IMG/VR virus record: IMGVR_UViG_3300034106_004022
Span: 1 to 64,000 of that record
Source: an uncultured virus (IMG/VR IMGVR_UViG_3300034106_004022)
Taxonomy: Duplodnaviria; Heunggongvirae; Uroviricota; Caudoviricetes
Strand: one strand, 5' to 3'
DNA: 64,000 nucleotides
Part shown: positions 18,901 to 27,010 of the stretch, in pieces
Layout: the number at the start of each line of letters is the position of its first letter
Numbering within the stretch: the stretch's first letter is position 1
Made by a program: the position numbers and the translations under genes
Notes under the pieces: model-generated
Told to the model about the DNA's origin: nothing
What the model saw: the letters and a program-made list of their open reading frames with translations, nothing else
The model's database searches: none

Positions 18901-21900
18901 ACTGGTGGAAGTGTTATTTTATCTTCTGGTTCATCATTTGTTGGAGATGGTAGTGGATTGACTAACATCAATATAGCTAACTTATCATTTGAAACTTCAC
19001 TTTTACAAAGTGGTTCATTTACAACGGTACTTTCACCAAACTTTGGATTAGTTGTTAACGCATCCGCATCAGTTAGTGGAAACTTAAGTGTTGAAAAAAA
19101 TATATACGCACCTGTAATTTATGGTGGACAAATTACCGGTTCATTCTATGGTGGATACTATGGAGAGGGTGATGCTGAAGATAGAGATATTCTTATCTAT
19201 GATGCGGCCCGTTCTAAATATGTACCTGTACCTGAGAGTACACCAACAACCGCAGAACCATTTACAAATGTAACTGAAGTAACGGTTGTACACAACTTTG
19301 ATGTTGATTATCCAATCGTACAAGTTTATGAAGCTGGTACAAATGGAATGATTATACCTCAAGCTATCATACCATTGGACAGTGATAGAGTTAGAGTAGT
19401 ATTTAGTGGTTTAACTTCTGGAGTTGTAGTAGTTGGTAGTGGTGGTTCAAAAATAAGTGGAGCAATTAGTGGTAACAACGTAATTGGAATTGTACCATCA
19501 GCGTCTAGAGCAATTTCAGCAGAAACTGCTGATACTGCATTAAATGTAGCTGGTATTGATTCGGCATCTCTTGCATTATTAAACGATTTACAAAACTTTG
19601 TAAGAAACGAACAAACATCATCTATGACGGTGTTGAGTTCATCTTTCGCTCTTACTGCATCTTACGCATTAAATGCTGGTGAAGCTGGTAGTGGTGGAAC
19701 TGATTTATTCATTTACTATACAAGTTCGTTAGTACAAACTGAAACTGGAAAAATTAACTTTACTGGTTCTGGTGTAAGTGTAATTGATTCTGGTTCTGAT
19801 GGTATATTAGTAACTATCTTAGGTGGCGGTGGTACTGGTGATGGTGATTTACTATCATCTCAAACCGCATCAATGTATGTGTTCTCATCATCATTTGCAT
19901 CAATAGCCGAATACGCATTAAACGCAGTTGGTGGTGGAAGTGGTACTGGTTTCCCATTTGAAGGTTATGCTGCACTAACGGGAAGTTTAAATGTATCGGG
20001 TAGTTTAATTGTAACTGGTAGTACATTCATACAAAATTTACCATTAGGTTCAACAAATTTAGTGGTTACCTATAACCCAACAACTGGAAGATTAGAACAA
20101 CAATCAATCGATGCAGCTGTTGGTACGAGTGGAGTAGATGGTACATCTGGAACTGGTGGTACATCTGGAACTGGTGGTACATCTGGAACAAGCGGAACGA
20201 GTGGAACGAGTGGAAGTAGTGGAACTTCTGGTACGAGTGGAACATCAGGTACATCTGGAACATCAGGTACATCTGGAACAAATGGTACGTCTGGTTCATC
20301 TGGGACAAGTGGAACAAGTGGAACATCTGGAACGTCTGGTACTTCAGCAACATCTGGAACATCTGGAACGTCTGGTACTTCTGGAAGTAGTGGAAGTAGT
20401 GGTTCATCTGGAACAAGTGGGACAAGTGGAACATCTGGAACGTCTGGTACTTCAGCAACATCTGGAAGTAGTGGAACATCTGGTTCTTCTGGAAGTAGTG
20501 GTTCTTCTGGAACATCTGGTTCAAGTGGTTCTTCTGGAACATCTGGTTCAAGTGGTTCAAGTGGTAGTAGTGGTTCATCTGGAACATCTGGTTCAAGCGG
20601 AAGTAGTGGTTCAAGCGGAAGTAGTGGAAGTAGTGGAACCTCTGGTTCATCAGGTTCGTCTGGTTCATCTGGAACAAGCGGAACGAGTGGAAGTAGTGGA
20701 AGTAGTGGTTCTTCAGGAACATCAGGTTCGTCTGGAACCTCTGGTTCATCAGGTTCATCTGGAACAAGTGGTTCAAGTGGAAGTAGTGGTACGAGTGGAA
20801 CGTCTGGTTCAAGTGGTACTACTGGTACATCTGGTTCTTCGGGAACATCGGGCACTTCTGGTTCTTCTGGAACATCTGGTAGAGAAGGTGGTAGACTTTT
20901 CGAAGTAATTAATGATGGATTCAATTATGCATTTGATGGATATGATGATGCTACATTCCCAACCTTAACATTAGTAAGAGGTGAATTATTTTACTTTGAT
21001 GTAAGTGGAGTTTCAGCATCACACCCATTTGCATTAAGATTATCAAGCGGTAATACTTCAGTTGTAGATGGTACAATAAATAATGACCCATTAAATGGAT
21101 TAGCTGGAACAACTGATTTAATAGCATATAGAGTACCTGAAGATGCACCAAACAATATTGTTTATCAATGTGCAGTTCATTCATCAATGATTGGAATTAT
21201 TGAAATTGTTGATAAAAACGGAACTTCTGGTACATCTGGTACTTCTGGTAGTAGTGGAACATCTGGTACGAGTGGAACTTCAGGTTCTTCTGGGACAAGT
21301 GGAACCTCTGGTTCTTCTGGAACAAGTGGAAGTAGTGGTACTTCTGGTACCTCTGGAACGAGTGGTAGTAGTGGAACTTCTGGTTCAAGTGGTAGTAGTG
21401 GTTCAAGTGGAAGTAGTGGAAGTAGTGGAACATCGGGTTCATCAGGAAGTAGTGGAAGTAGTGGGACATCGGGTTCTTCTGGTTCATCTGGTTCATCTGG
21501 TTCGTCTGGAACGAGTGGAACGAGTGGAAGTAGTGGTTCTTCTGGTACGAGTGGTACGAGCGGTGAAAGTGGTTCATCTGGAACTTCTGGTTCAAGCGGG
21601 ACAAGTGGAGTTGATGGTACTTCTGGTTCAAGTGGAACAAGCGGATTAGATGGAACATCGGGTACATCTGGTACATCGGGAACTTCTGGCACTTCTGGTA
21701 CATCTGGGACAAGTGGTACATCGGGAACTTCTGGAACTTCTGGAACTAGTGGTGAGAATGGTTCATCTGGAACATCTGGTTCTTCTGGAACATCGGGAAC
21801 GAGTGGAACATCAGGTACATCTGGAACAAGTGCAACATCTGGAACCTCTGGTACAAACGGAACGAGTGGAAGTAGTGGTACTTCTGGTTCATCTGGTTCA

Positions 21901-24900
21901 ACCGGTACTGATGGTACATCGGGAAGTAGTGGTTCTTCTGGGACAAGTGGTACGAGTGGTTCAAATGGAACAAGCGGAAGTAGTGGAACATCTGGAACAA
22001 GTGGTTCAACGGGAACGGATGGGACAAGTGGTTCTTCTGGAACAAGTGGTACGAGTGGTTCGAATGGTACATCAGGAAGTAGTGGTACTTCTGGTTCTTC
22101 TGGTTCAACTGGTAGTAGTGGAACTTCTGGTACTTCTGGTTCTTCTGGGACAAGTGGGACAAGTGGTTCGAATGGAACGAGTGGAAGTAGTGGAACTTCT
22201 GGTTCAAGTGGTTCAACGGGAACGGATGGTACATCTGGTTCATCTGGTTCATCTGGAACAAGTGGAGTTGATGGAACGAGTGGAAGTAGTGGAACTTCTG
22301 GTTCAACTGGAACGGATGGTACATCTGGTTCATATGGTACATCTGGAACAAGTGGTTTATCTGGTTCAAATGGTACATCTGGAACTTCAGGTTTAAATGG
22401 AACTTCAGGTTCGTCTGGTACAAGTGGTTCATCTGGTTCATCTGGTACTAATGGTACGTCTGGTTCATCGGGAATTAGTGGAACTTCTGGGACAAGTGGA
22501 AGTAGTGGAAGTAGTGGTACATCTGGTTCAAGTGGTACATCTGGAACATCTGGAACCGCAGGTACATCTGGTTTAGATGGAACTTTATTTGGAAGTAGTG
22601 GTACTTCGGGTTCTTCTGGTTCAACTGGAACATCGGGAAGTAGTGGAACTTCTGGAACAAGTGGAGTTGATGGAACATTCTTCGGTTCTTCTGGTTCATC
22701 GGGTACTTCTGGTACAAGTGGAAGTAGTGGAACAAGTGGTTTGAGTGGTTCAAGCGGTACATCTGGAACTTCTGGAACAAGCGGACAAGATGGAACATTC
22801 TTTGGTTCATCTGGAACCTCTGGAACATCTGGTGTTGGTACTAATGGTACATCCGGTTCAAGTGGTACATCTGGAACTTCTGGAACAAGCGGACAAGATG
22901 GAACATTCTTTGGAAGTAATGGAACTGCTGGTACATCTGGTACATCTGGTTCATCTGGAACAAGCGGAAGTAGTGGAACTGCTGGTACGTCTGGAACAAG
23001 CGGACAAGATGGAACTTTATTTGGAAGTAGTGGTACATCTGGTACATCAGGTCAAAGTGGTTCATCAGGTACTTCTGGTTTAGGTACAAACGGAACCTCT
23101 GGAACAAGCGGACAAGATGGAACTTTATTTGGAAGTAGTGGAACATCTGGAACAAGTGGTCAAAGTGGTTCATCAGGTACTTCTGGTTTAGGTACAAACG
23201 GAACCTCTGGGACTAGTGGACAAGATGGAACTTTATTTGGAAGTAGTGGAACATCTGGGACAAGTGGTGAAAGTGGTTCATCTGGTACAAGTGGTATTGG
23301 GACAAATGGAACATCAGGTACTTCTGGACAAGATGGAACTTTATTCGGTTCGTCTGGAACATCTGGTACAAGTGGTGAAAGTGGTTCATCAGGAACATCT
23401 GGGTTAGGTACAAATGGTACTTCTGGAACAAGTGGACAGGATGGTACGTTATTCGGTTCATCTGGTACATCTGGAACATCAGGTGAAAGTGGTTCATCTG
23501 GTACTTCTGGGTTAGGTACAAATGGAACATCAGGTACTTCTGGGCAAGATGGAACTTTATTCGGTTCATCTGGAACATCTGGTACATCAGGTGAAAGTGG
23601 TTCGTCTGGAACATCTGGTGTTGGAACTAATGGAACATCGGGTACTTCTGGACAAGATGGAACTTTATTTGGTTCGTCTGGTACAAGCGGAACATCAGGT
23701 GAAAGTGGTTCTTCTGGAACATCTGGAGTTGGTACGAATGGAACATCAGGTACTTCTGGACAAGATGGAACATTATTTGGTTCATCAGGTACTTCTGGTA
23801 CAAGTGGTGAAAGTGGCTCATCTGGTACTTCTGGTATAACGGGCACCGCTGGTACTTCGGGAACATCTGGACAGGATGGAACTTTATTTGGTTCTTCTGG
23901 AACATCGGGAACATCTGGTATTGGTACTGATGGTACATCTGGTATAACGGGTACTGCTGGAACATCTGGGACAAGTGGACAAGATGGAACTTTATTTGGA
24001 AGTAGTGGTTCTTCTGGAACAAGCGGAGTAAGTGGAAGTAATGGAACATCTGGCATTGGAACAAATGGTTCATCTGGAACAAGTGGACAAGATGGAACTT
24101 TATTCGGAAGTAGTGGTACTTCTGGTACATCTGGATTAGGTACTAATGGTACATCTGGATTAGGTACTAATGGTACTTCTGGAACATCTGGGCAGGATGG
24201 AACTTTATTTGGTTCATCCGGTACATCTGGTACATCGGGTTCATCTGGATTGGGTACAAATGGTTCATCTGGAACCGCAGGTACATCTGGTTTAGATGGA
24301 ACTTTATTTGGAAGTAGTGGTTCATCTGGAACATCTGGAATGGCTGGTTCAAGTGGTTCAAGTGGTTTAAGTGGTACATCTGGTATTACTGGTGATGGTG
24401 GTTCATCTGGTACATCTGGTTCATCTGGGATATCGGCTACAATTACTGGAACTACTAATAACGGAGTTCTTACACTAAATGGGTCATCACCCAATATTAC
24501 AGCTGAAAGTGGACTTACTTATGATGGTACTTTATTAGATGTAACGGGTAACGCAACTATATCAGGTAATATAACTGGAAATAATGTAACTGCAAATACA
24601 TCAGTTTATACACCTAACTTTAGAGAATTATTTTCTAATTTAGGTACGGGTGGAAGTGTAACAATTAATTTAACAACTGCAAATAATTTTAGATATACGG
24701 CTAATGCAAATGTTACTTACACATTCTCAAACCCACCATCATCTCCTCAGGGATTTGGATTTACGTTGGTTTATGTGAATGGTGGTAACTTTACAACAAC
24801 ATGGCCGGCATCAGTAGATTGGGCTGGTGGTATAGCACCTGCGTTAACTGCAAATGGAACTGATATTTTAGTATTCTATACTTATGATGGTGGAACAACA

Positions 24901-24936
24901 TATTATGGATTCTTATCCGCAGCAAATTTAAGTTAA
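12952..24936 (+). CDS. Giant tail fibre / appendage protein: about 28 beta-rich repeats, a Gly-Thr/Ser-Ser stalk with an embedded cupredoxin domain, and a C-terminal beta-sandwich
   Basis: 3994 aa with SGSVTASV..GF...SGSGAGLFNIP repeats, (G-T/S-S)n, HPF...YQCAVHSSM and a C-terminal TWPASVDWAGG..P.LT..GTDILVFYTYDGG tip motif. Confidence 0.8.
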   Translation: MSQLLSGKVKVTLPQNVSEDRYEFLQLNEAEPNLGVPISGSLSSGSVALLASDEFGNRLFVTKLQFPEYSGSFSGSFQGDGSRLTNLPLVKDASRLISGSASASISPQTGFLVNVSSSFDGDMDINGDVRVTGDLYVNNRIVAREILVQIISSSIIFSSGSNRFGNSLVDLQEFTGSVSVTGSFDVNGEGRFSNNVYISNTASASFFEGDGSKLFNLPAAAESPRIVDGAVTASVNESYGFRLEGTTRAEFSSSLFVSGNIEIVSGSSFSGSGANLFDIPRAALTPDALLSAFITSGSVTASVNPNYGFRLEGTNRAEFSSSLFVAGNVTASMFTGSGAGLFDIPRAALTPDALVSPLIGSGSVTASVNPNYGFRLEGTNRAEFSSSVYVDGNVTASMFSGSGAGLFNIPRAALTPDALVSPLISSGSVTASVDPKSGFVVTSIESGSQFTGSLFVSGGISINSGSIFSGSGAGLFNIPRAALTPDALLSTFISSGSVTASVSPNFGFRVESQQSGSEFTGSVDVSGNVSASMFSGSGAGLFDIPRAALTPDALLSNLITSGSVTASVDPKAGFVVTSIQSGSQFSGSVRFRDNLIVAGNVTASMFTGSGAGLFNIPRAALTPDAQLSNIIASGSVTASVTPQNGFQVISVASGSEFTGSVRLRDNLNVRGTVTASMFSGSGAGLFNIPLSALAEQVAQATRIATGSVTASVGSNFGFKVESAQFGSEFTGSIDVSGSVTLKSGSFYSGSGEGLFNIPLSALSEEVINRNFIADGQVTASVDNINGFVVTSPLSGSTFKGSVYVTGSVNVSGSLFVSGGGIIQALTGSFFSGSGQGLLNIPRSALTEDALISTEIKSGSVTASVSPNIGFVVNSAQSGSEFTGSIDVSGSVSASLFRGDGSGLTNITIPVITDGNVTASVDDSNGFIVTSQAYGSQFTGSVRVNTFVTASEFRGNFAGDGSQITNIQISIIQDGEITASVSNENGFVVDSFKSGSTFYGNIIANNGIVSNDDIIANGNIQANIGSFFSGSGAGLTNIPLSAFAEEVIASTRIQSGSVTASVSPNFGFKVESLDSGSQFTGSVKVLGQVKILSGSGYFSGSGEGLTNIPRSALTEDALLSSFIVSGSVTASVAPNTGFVVISYQSGSTFFGDIQLATGSFSGSGARLFDIPKSAISDLDTSKIFSGSVTASTHPQNGFIVTSVVSGSTFFGDVQLVTGSFSGSGAKLFNIPRTALTPDALISTTITSGSVTASVAPNTGFVVTSIESGSKFFGNIELVTGSFSGSGRNLFDIPFSNLTGDSNRIASGSATASISPNLGLVVNTSASIDGDLNVAGAINATEINVTFINSEVIYSSGSNIFGDSLTDIQQMTGSVKITGSLTVDGVITGDGSGLFNIPQSALTEAATLIASGSVTASVNPNNGFVVTSIESGSTFSGSLFVSGGVSINSGSTFSGSGADLFNIPISAFSPDAQDAINSLLAIQSGILASGSVTASVSNEFGFKVESIDSGSQFTGSLFVSGGVELSSGSSFSGSGARLFDIPRAALTPDALLSNLIASGSVTASVTPDNGFVVTSIESGSTFSGSLFVSGNIEVVSGSSFSGSGENLFNIPLTALSTEAIEALISTEIKSGSVTASVTPDFGFVVVSAESGSEFTGSVDVSGSLYVTQTISSSIVKANELSGSFSGSFFGDGGGLTNISLANLSFDVYRLVSGSVTASVTPTEGFKVESLDSGSKFTGSIDVSGSITIDGIYTGDGSGLTNIDIANLAIDTSRIYTGSVTASVSTDGHFRVLDGTTLRAIKSEFSGSVYVSESIYVNKFIFGDGTFITNVTAAASPRISSGSVTASVSPNFGFKVESARSGSEFTGSVDISGSISASLFSGDGSGLFNIPLEALEDLQLVKINSGSGIAIIDPLKLDVNVPITASRFDGDGSGLFNIPANALQDLQLDRIISGSTQAVISPDKGFEVGTKTSISGSLSVSGGLFVTGGSVILSSGSSFVGDGSGLTNINIANLSFETSLLQSGSFTTVLSPNFGLVVNASASVSGNLSVEKNIYAPVIYGGQITGSFYGGYYGEGDAEDRDILIYDAARSKYVPVPESTPTTAEPFTNVTEVTVVHNFDVDYPIVQVYEAGTNGMIIPQAIIPLDSDRVRVVFSGLTSGVVVVGSGGSKISGAISGNNVIGIVPSASRAISAETADTALNVAGIDSASLALLNDLQNFVRNEQTSSMTVLSSSFALTASYALNAGEAGSGGTDLFIYYTSSLVQTETGKINFTGSGVSVIDSGSDGILVTILGGGGTGDGDLLSSQTASMYVFSSSFASIAEYALNAVGGGSGTGFPFEGYAALTGSLNVSGSLIVTGSTFIQNLPLGSTNLVVTYNPTTGRLEQQSIDAAVGTSGVDGTSGTGGTSGTGGTSGTSGTSGTSGSSGTSGTSGTSGTSGTSGTSGTNGTSGSSGTSGTSGTSGTSGTSATSGTSGTSGTSGSSGSSGSSGTSGTSGTSGTSGTSATSGSSGTSGSSGSSGSSGTSGSSGSSGTSGSSGSSGSSGSSGTSGSSGSSGSSGSSGSSGTSGSSGSSGSSGTSGTSGSSGSSGSSGTSGSSGTSGSSGSSGTSGSSGSSGTSGTSGSSGTTGTSGSSGTSGTSGSSGTSGREGGRLFEVINDGFNYAFDGYDDATFPTLTLVRGELFYFDVSGVSASHPFALRLSSGNTSVVDGTINNDPLNGLAGTTDLIAYRVPEDAPNNIVYQCAVHSSMIGIIEIVDKNGTSGTSGTSGSSGTSGTSGTSGSSGTSGTSGSSGTSGSSGTSGTSGTSGSSGTSGSSGSSGSSGSSGSSGTSGSSGSSGSSGTSGSSGSSGSSGSSGTSGTSGSSGSSGTSGTSGESGSSGTSGSSGTSGVDGTSGSSGTSGLDGTSGTSGTSGTSGTSGTSGTSGTSGTSGTSGTSGENGSSGTSGSSGTSGTSGTSGTSGTSATSGTSGTNGTSGSSGTSGSSGSTGTDGTSGSSGSSGTSGTSGSNGTSGSSGTSGTSGSTGTDGTSGSSGTSGTSGSNGTSGSSGTSGSSGSTGSSGTSGTSGSSGTSGTSGSNGTSGSSGTSGSSGSTGTDGTSGSSGSSGTSGVDGTSGSSGTSGSTGTDGTSGSYGTSGTSGLSGSNGTSGTSGLNGTSGSSGTSGSSGSSGTNGTSGSSGISGTSGTSGSSGSSGTSGSSGTSGTSGTAGTSGLDGTLFGSSGTSGSSGSTGTSGSSGTSGTSGVDGTFFGSSGSSGTSGTSGSSGTSGLSGSSGTSGTSGTSGQDGTFFGSSGTSGTSGVGTNGTSGSSGTSGTSGTSGQDGTFFGSNGTAGTSGTSGSSGTSGSSGTAGTSGTSGQDGTLFGSSGTSGTSGQSGSSGTSGLGTNGTSGTSGQDGTLFGSSGTSGTSGQSGSSGTSGLGTNGTSGTSGQDGTLFGSSGTSGTSGESGSSGTSGIGTNGTSGTSGQDGTLFGSSGTSGTSGESGSSGTSGLGTNGTSGTSGQDGTLFGSSGTSGTSGESGSSGTSGLGTNGTSGTSGQDGTLFGSSGTSGTSGESGSSGTSGVGTNGTSGTSGQDGTLFGSSGTSGTSGESGSSGTSGVGTNGTSGTSGQDGTLFGSSGTSGTSGESGSSGTSGITGTAGTSGTSGQDGTLFGSSGTSGTSGIGTDGTSGITGTAGTSGTSGQDGTLFGSSGSSGTSGVSGSNGTSGIGTNGSSGTSGQDGTLFGSSGTSGTSGLGTNGTSGLGTNGTSGTSGQDGTLFGSSGTSGTSGSSGLGTNGSSGTAGTSGLDGTLFGSSGSSGTSGMAGSSGSSGLSGTSGITGDGGSSGTSGSSGISATITGTTNNGVLTLNGSSPNITAESGLTYDGTLLDVTGNATISGNITGNNVTANTSVYTPNFRELFSNLGTGGSVTINLTTANNFRYTANANVTYTFSNPPSSPQGFGFTLVYVNGGNFTTTWPASVDWAGGIAPALTANGTDILVFYTYDGGTTYYGFLSAANLS
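13240..19100 (+). repeat. About 28 imperfect repeats of roughly 55-80 aa (SGSVTASV..GF...FSGSG.GL.NIP)
   Basis: Counted by eye from the recurring VTAS/GF motif in the translation. Confidence 0.85.
20122..24432 (+). repeat. Low-complexity Gly-X-Y (GTS/GSS) coding repeat, including a 108-nt higher-order unit
   Basis: Gly at every third residue. The GQDGTLF motif recurs every 108 nt from about 23005 to 23761. The run is interrupted at 20881-21216 by a globular domain. Confidence 0.9.
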
Positions 24937-24943
24937 GAAAGTT

Positions 24944-25822
24944 ATGAGTATAGCAAGAAGATTAGTAACAGCAGCCGGTGGTAGTGAGGTACTACCATTT
25001 CAATTCCAACTAACAGTTGGTGCTGGGCAATTATTTGAATTACCTTTAGTAACTGTTGGTGGTACTCAACCAAAAGTTCAAGTAGGATGGGGTGATGGTA
25101 ATTCATCACCTATTATAGAAAGTGTAACTGATATTAATAGATTTCATACATATGCAACCGCTGGTACATATACGGTATCTGTAATTGGTTCACTACCTGG
25201 ATTTAGGGTTGATAATAGTACATATAGAGTATTATATACTGCGATACTTGATTGGGGAAATGTTGGATTAAGAAGTATTAACTTTTATGGATGTACAAAT
25301 ATAACATCAATACCTGGTGGTGCAATTGGTTTAAGTAGAATAACTCAATTTAACAATACATTTAGGGGTACTGGTATAACATCAATCCCATCTGATTTAT
25401 TTAGTTATTCTCCAATAGTATTGGATTTTATAGATACATTTTCATTTACAAGAATAACATCAGTTCCAAACAATTTATTTGATGAATGTACTTTAGTAAC
25501 ATCATTTAACTCAACTTTTAACGCATGTACATCATTAGTGAGTGTACCAAATGAATTATTCAGATATAATACACAAGTAATTAACTTTTCATCTACATTT
25601 AGAAATAATAGAGCGTTAACAAATATACCAACATTTTCATATAATCCAAATGTTACGGTATTTACGAATATATTTAATATGAGTTCCATAACCAATGGTT
25701 CAGCTAGTTGGGGAACTGTTGAAGCACTTTGGTCTAGGTCACCTGAACCATTAGGTACAAACGCATTTAACAATTGTACTGGAATTACAAATTACGCATC
25801 AATACCTGTAAATTGGAAATAA
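24944..25822 (+). CDS. PKD-like plus BspA/leucine-rich-repeat-like protein, possible receptor-binding accessory
   Basis: 292 aa. WGDG...HTYATAGTYTVSV (PKD-like) is followed by ITSIPSDLF / ITSVPNNLF / LVSVPNELF repeats. Confidence 0.65.
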   Translation: MSIARRLVTAAGGSEVLPFQFQLTVGAGQLFELPLVTVGGTQPKVQVGWGDGNSSPIIESVTDINRFHTYATAGTYTVSVIGSLPGFRVDNSTYRVLYTAILDWGNVGLRSINFYGCTNITSIPGGAIGLSRITQFNNTFRGTGITSIPSDLFSYSPIVLDFIDTFSFTRITSVPNNLFDECTLVTSFNSTFNACTSLVSVPNELFRYNTQVINFSSTFRNNRALTNIPTFSYNPNVTVFTNIFNMSSITNGSASWGTVEALWSRSPEPLGTNAFNNCTGITNYASIPVNWK

Positions 25823-25829
25823 TAAAGAT

Positions 25830-26282
25830 ATGTATTTAAAATTAGAAAACGGAAATATAAGATATCCTTACACAATTAGTGAACTTAAATTGGAAAATCC
25901 AAATACAAGTTTCCCTGCGGTGTTAACTAATGAGGTATTAGAATCATTTGATGTATATTATGTAGAAGCTACTGAATATACTGATGATTATACAAAAAAC
26001 ATAGAGGAAGGTACTCCAATCCTATCCGATTCATCATATATTCAAGTTTGGAATATAACCGATGCAACTGAATCAGAAATTTCAGTAAAACTTGAAGAAA
26101 AATGGGTAGAAATTAGAATTATGAGAGATGCTTTATTAGCACAATCAGATTGGACCCAATTTCAAGACTCACCTATAAGTGGTACTACTTTAGTTGAGTG
26201 GCAAACATATAGACAATCTTTAAGAGATGTAACATCTCAACAAAATCCATATAATTTAAGCTGGCCGGCTAAACCAATGTAG
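25830..26282 (+). CDS. Tail fibre assembly chaperone
   Basis: 150 aa. The C-terminal W..IR..RDALLAQSDWTQ...WQTYRQSLRD...WP..P segment is the usual phage tail-fibre chaperone signature. Confidence 0.8.
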   Translation: MYLKLENGNIRYPYTISELKLENPNTSFPAVLTNEVLESFDVYYVEATEYTDDYTKNIEEGTPILSDSSYIQVWNITDATESEISVKLEEKWVEIRIMRDALLAQSDWTQFQDSPISGTTLVEWQTYRQSLRDVTSQQNPYNLSWPAKPM

Positions 26283-26298
26283 TAAAAGAAATTTGTTT

Positions 26299-26307
26299 AT
26301 ATTTATA
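26299..26307 (+). promoter_or_regulatory. Putative phage late promoter (ATATTTATA)
   Basis: Recurring motif, ending 26 nt before the ATG at 26334. Confidence 0.6.
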
Positions 26308-26333
26308 CCTATAAAGAATGGAATAAATAGCAA

Positions 26334-26654
26334 ATGAGAATAGATGCACCAAGTTTTTCGGGCTCAATTAACCAAGCACCTTCCGCATATGCAACCCTAA
26401 GTGGTTCATTTACTGGAAGTTTTACTGGTTCCTTTAAGGGAGATATTGAAGTAACAACTGCTGAATTTACTAACCTAAGTGTAAAAGATAGTTTACGATT
26501 AGGGTATGATAAAGGTAATACTACTCAATATGTATTGGTATCAAGTGGCTCTATTGCGGTTTCTGGTTCGATAGATTTACAAGGCGGTTCATTTAATGTG
26601 GATGGTGTAAATGTATTGGATTCAGCGATAGCATTTGCGATTGCATTGGGATAA
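26334..26654 (+). CDS. Small virion / fibre-associated protein
   Basis: 106 aa with SGSFTGSF repeats as in the fibres; ends in AIAFAIALG. Confidence 0.6.
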   Translation: MRIDAPSFSGSINQAPSAYATLSGSFTGSFTGSFKGDIEVTTAEFTNLSVKDSLRLGYDKGNTTQYVLVSSGSIAVSGSIDLQGGSFNVDGVNVLDSAIAFAIALG

Positions 26655-26665
26655 AAAAATAAAAT

Positions 26666-26998
26666 ATGGCAAATACATTTAAAAATAGTGTTAAAGGACC
26701 AGCCGGAACGGGTGGTTTAAGTGTTTATACGACTCCATCCAATGCTGTTGCAACGGTAATTGGGGTTAGTGTAGCAAATATTGTTGCTCAAAACATCAAC
26801 GTTGATGTTCAGATAACTGATAACTCAGCTGGGGTAACAAAATATTTAATTAAAGGAGTATTAATTCCACAAGGTTCATCAACTATTTTAGTAGGTGGTG
26901 ACCAAAAAGTAGTATTAGAAGCAAATGACTCTATTACTGTAACATCATCGGTGAACACATCAGCTGATGTTGTAGTATCAGTATTAGAAATTACATAA
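26666..26998 (+). CDS. Small virion adaptor-like beta-sandwich protein
   Basis: 110 aa, MANTFKN...VYTTP...KVVLEAND.I.V...DVVVSVLEIT; directly precedes a giant fibre gene. Confidence 0.6.
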   Translation: MANTFKNSVKGPAGTGGLSVYTTPSNAVATVIGVSVANIVAQNINVDVQITDNSAGVTKYLIKGVLIPQGSSTILVGGDQKVVLEANDSITVTSSVNTSADVVVSVLEIT

Positions 26999-27010
26999 AT
27001 ATAAAGATTA

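Noticed and set aside
22780..24310. Regular 108-nt repeats as a possible CRISPR array
   Set aside because: The repeats are in frame within a CDS, vary at synonymous positions and have no unique spacers; no cas genes are present.
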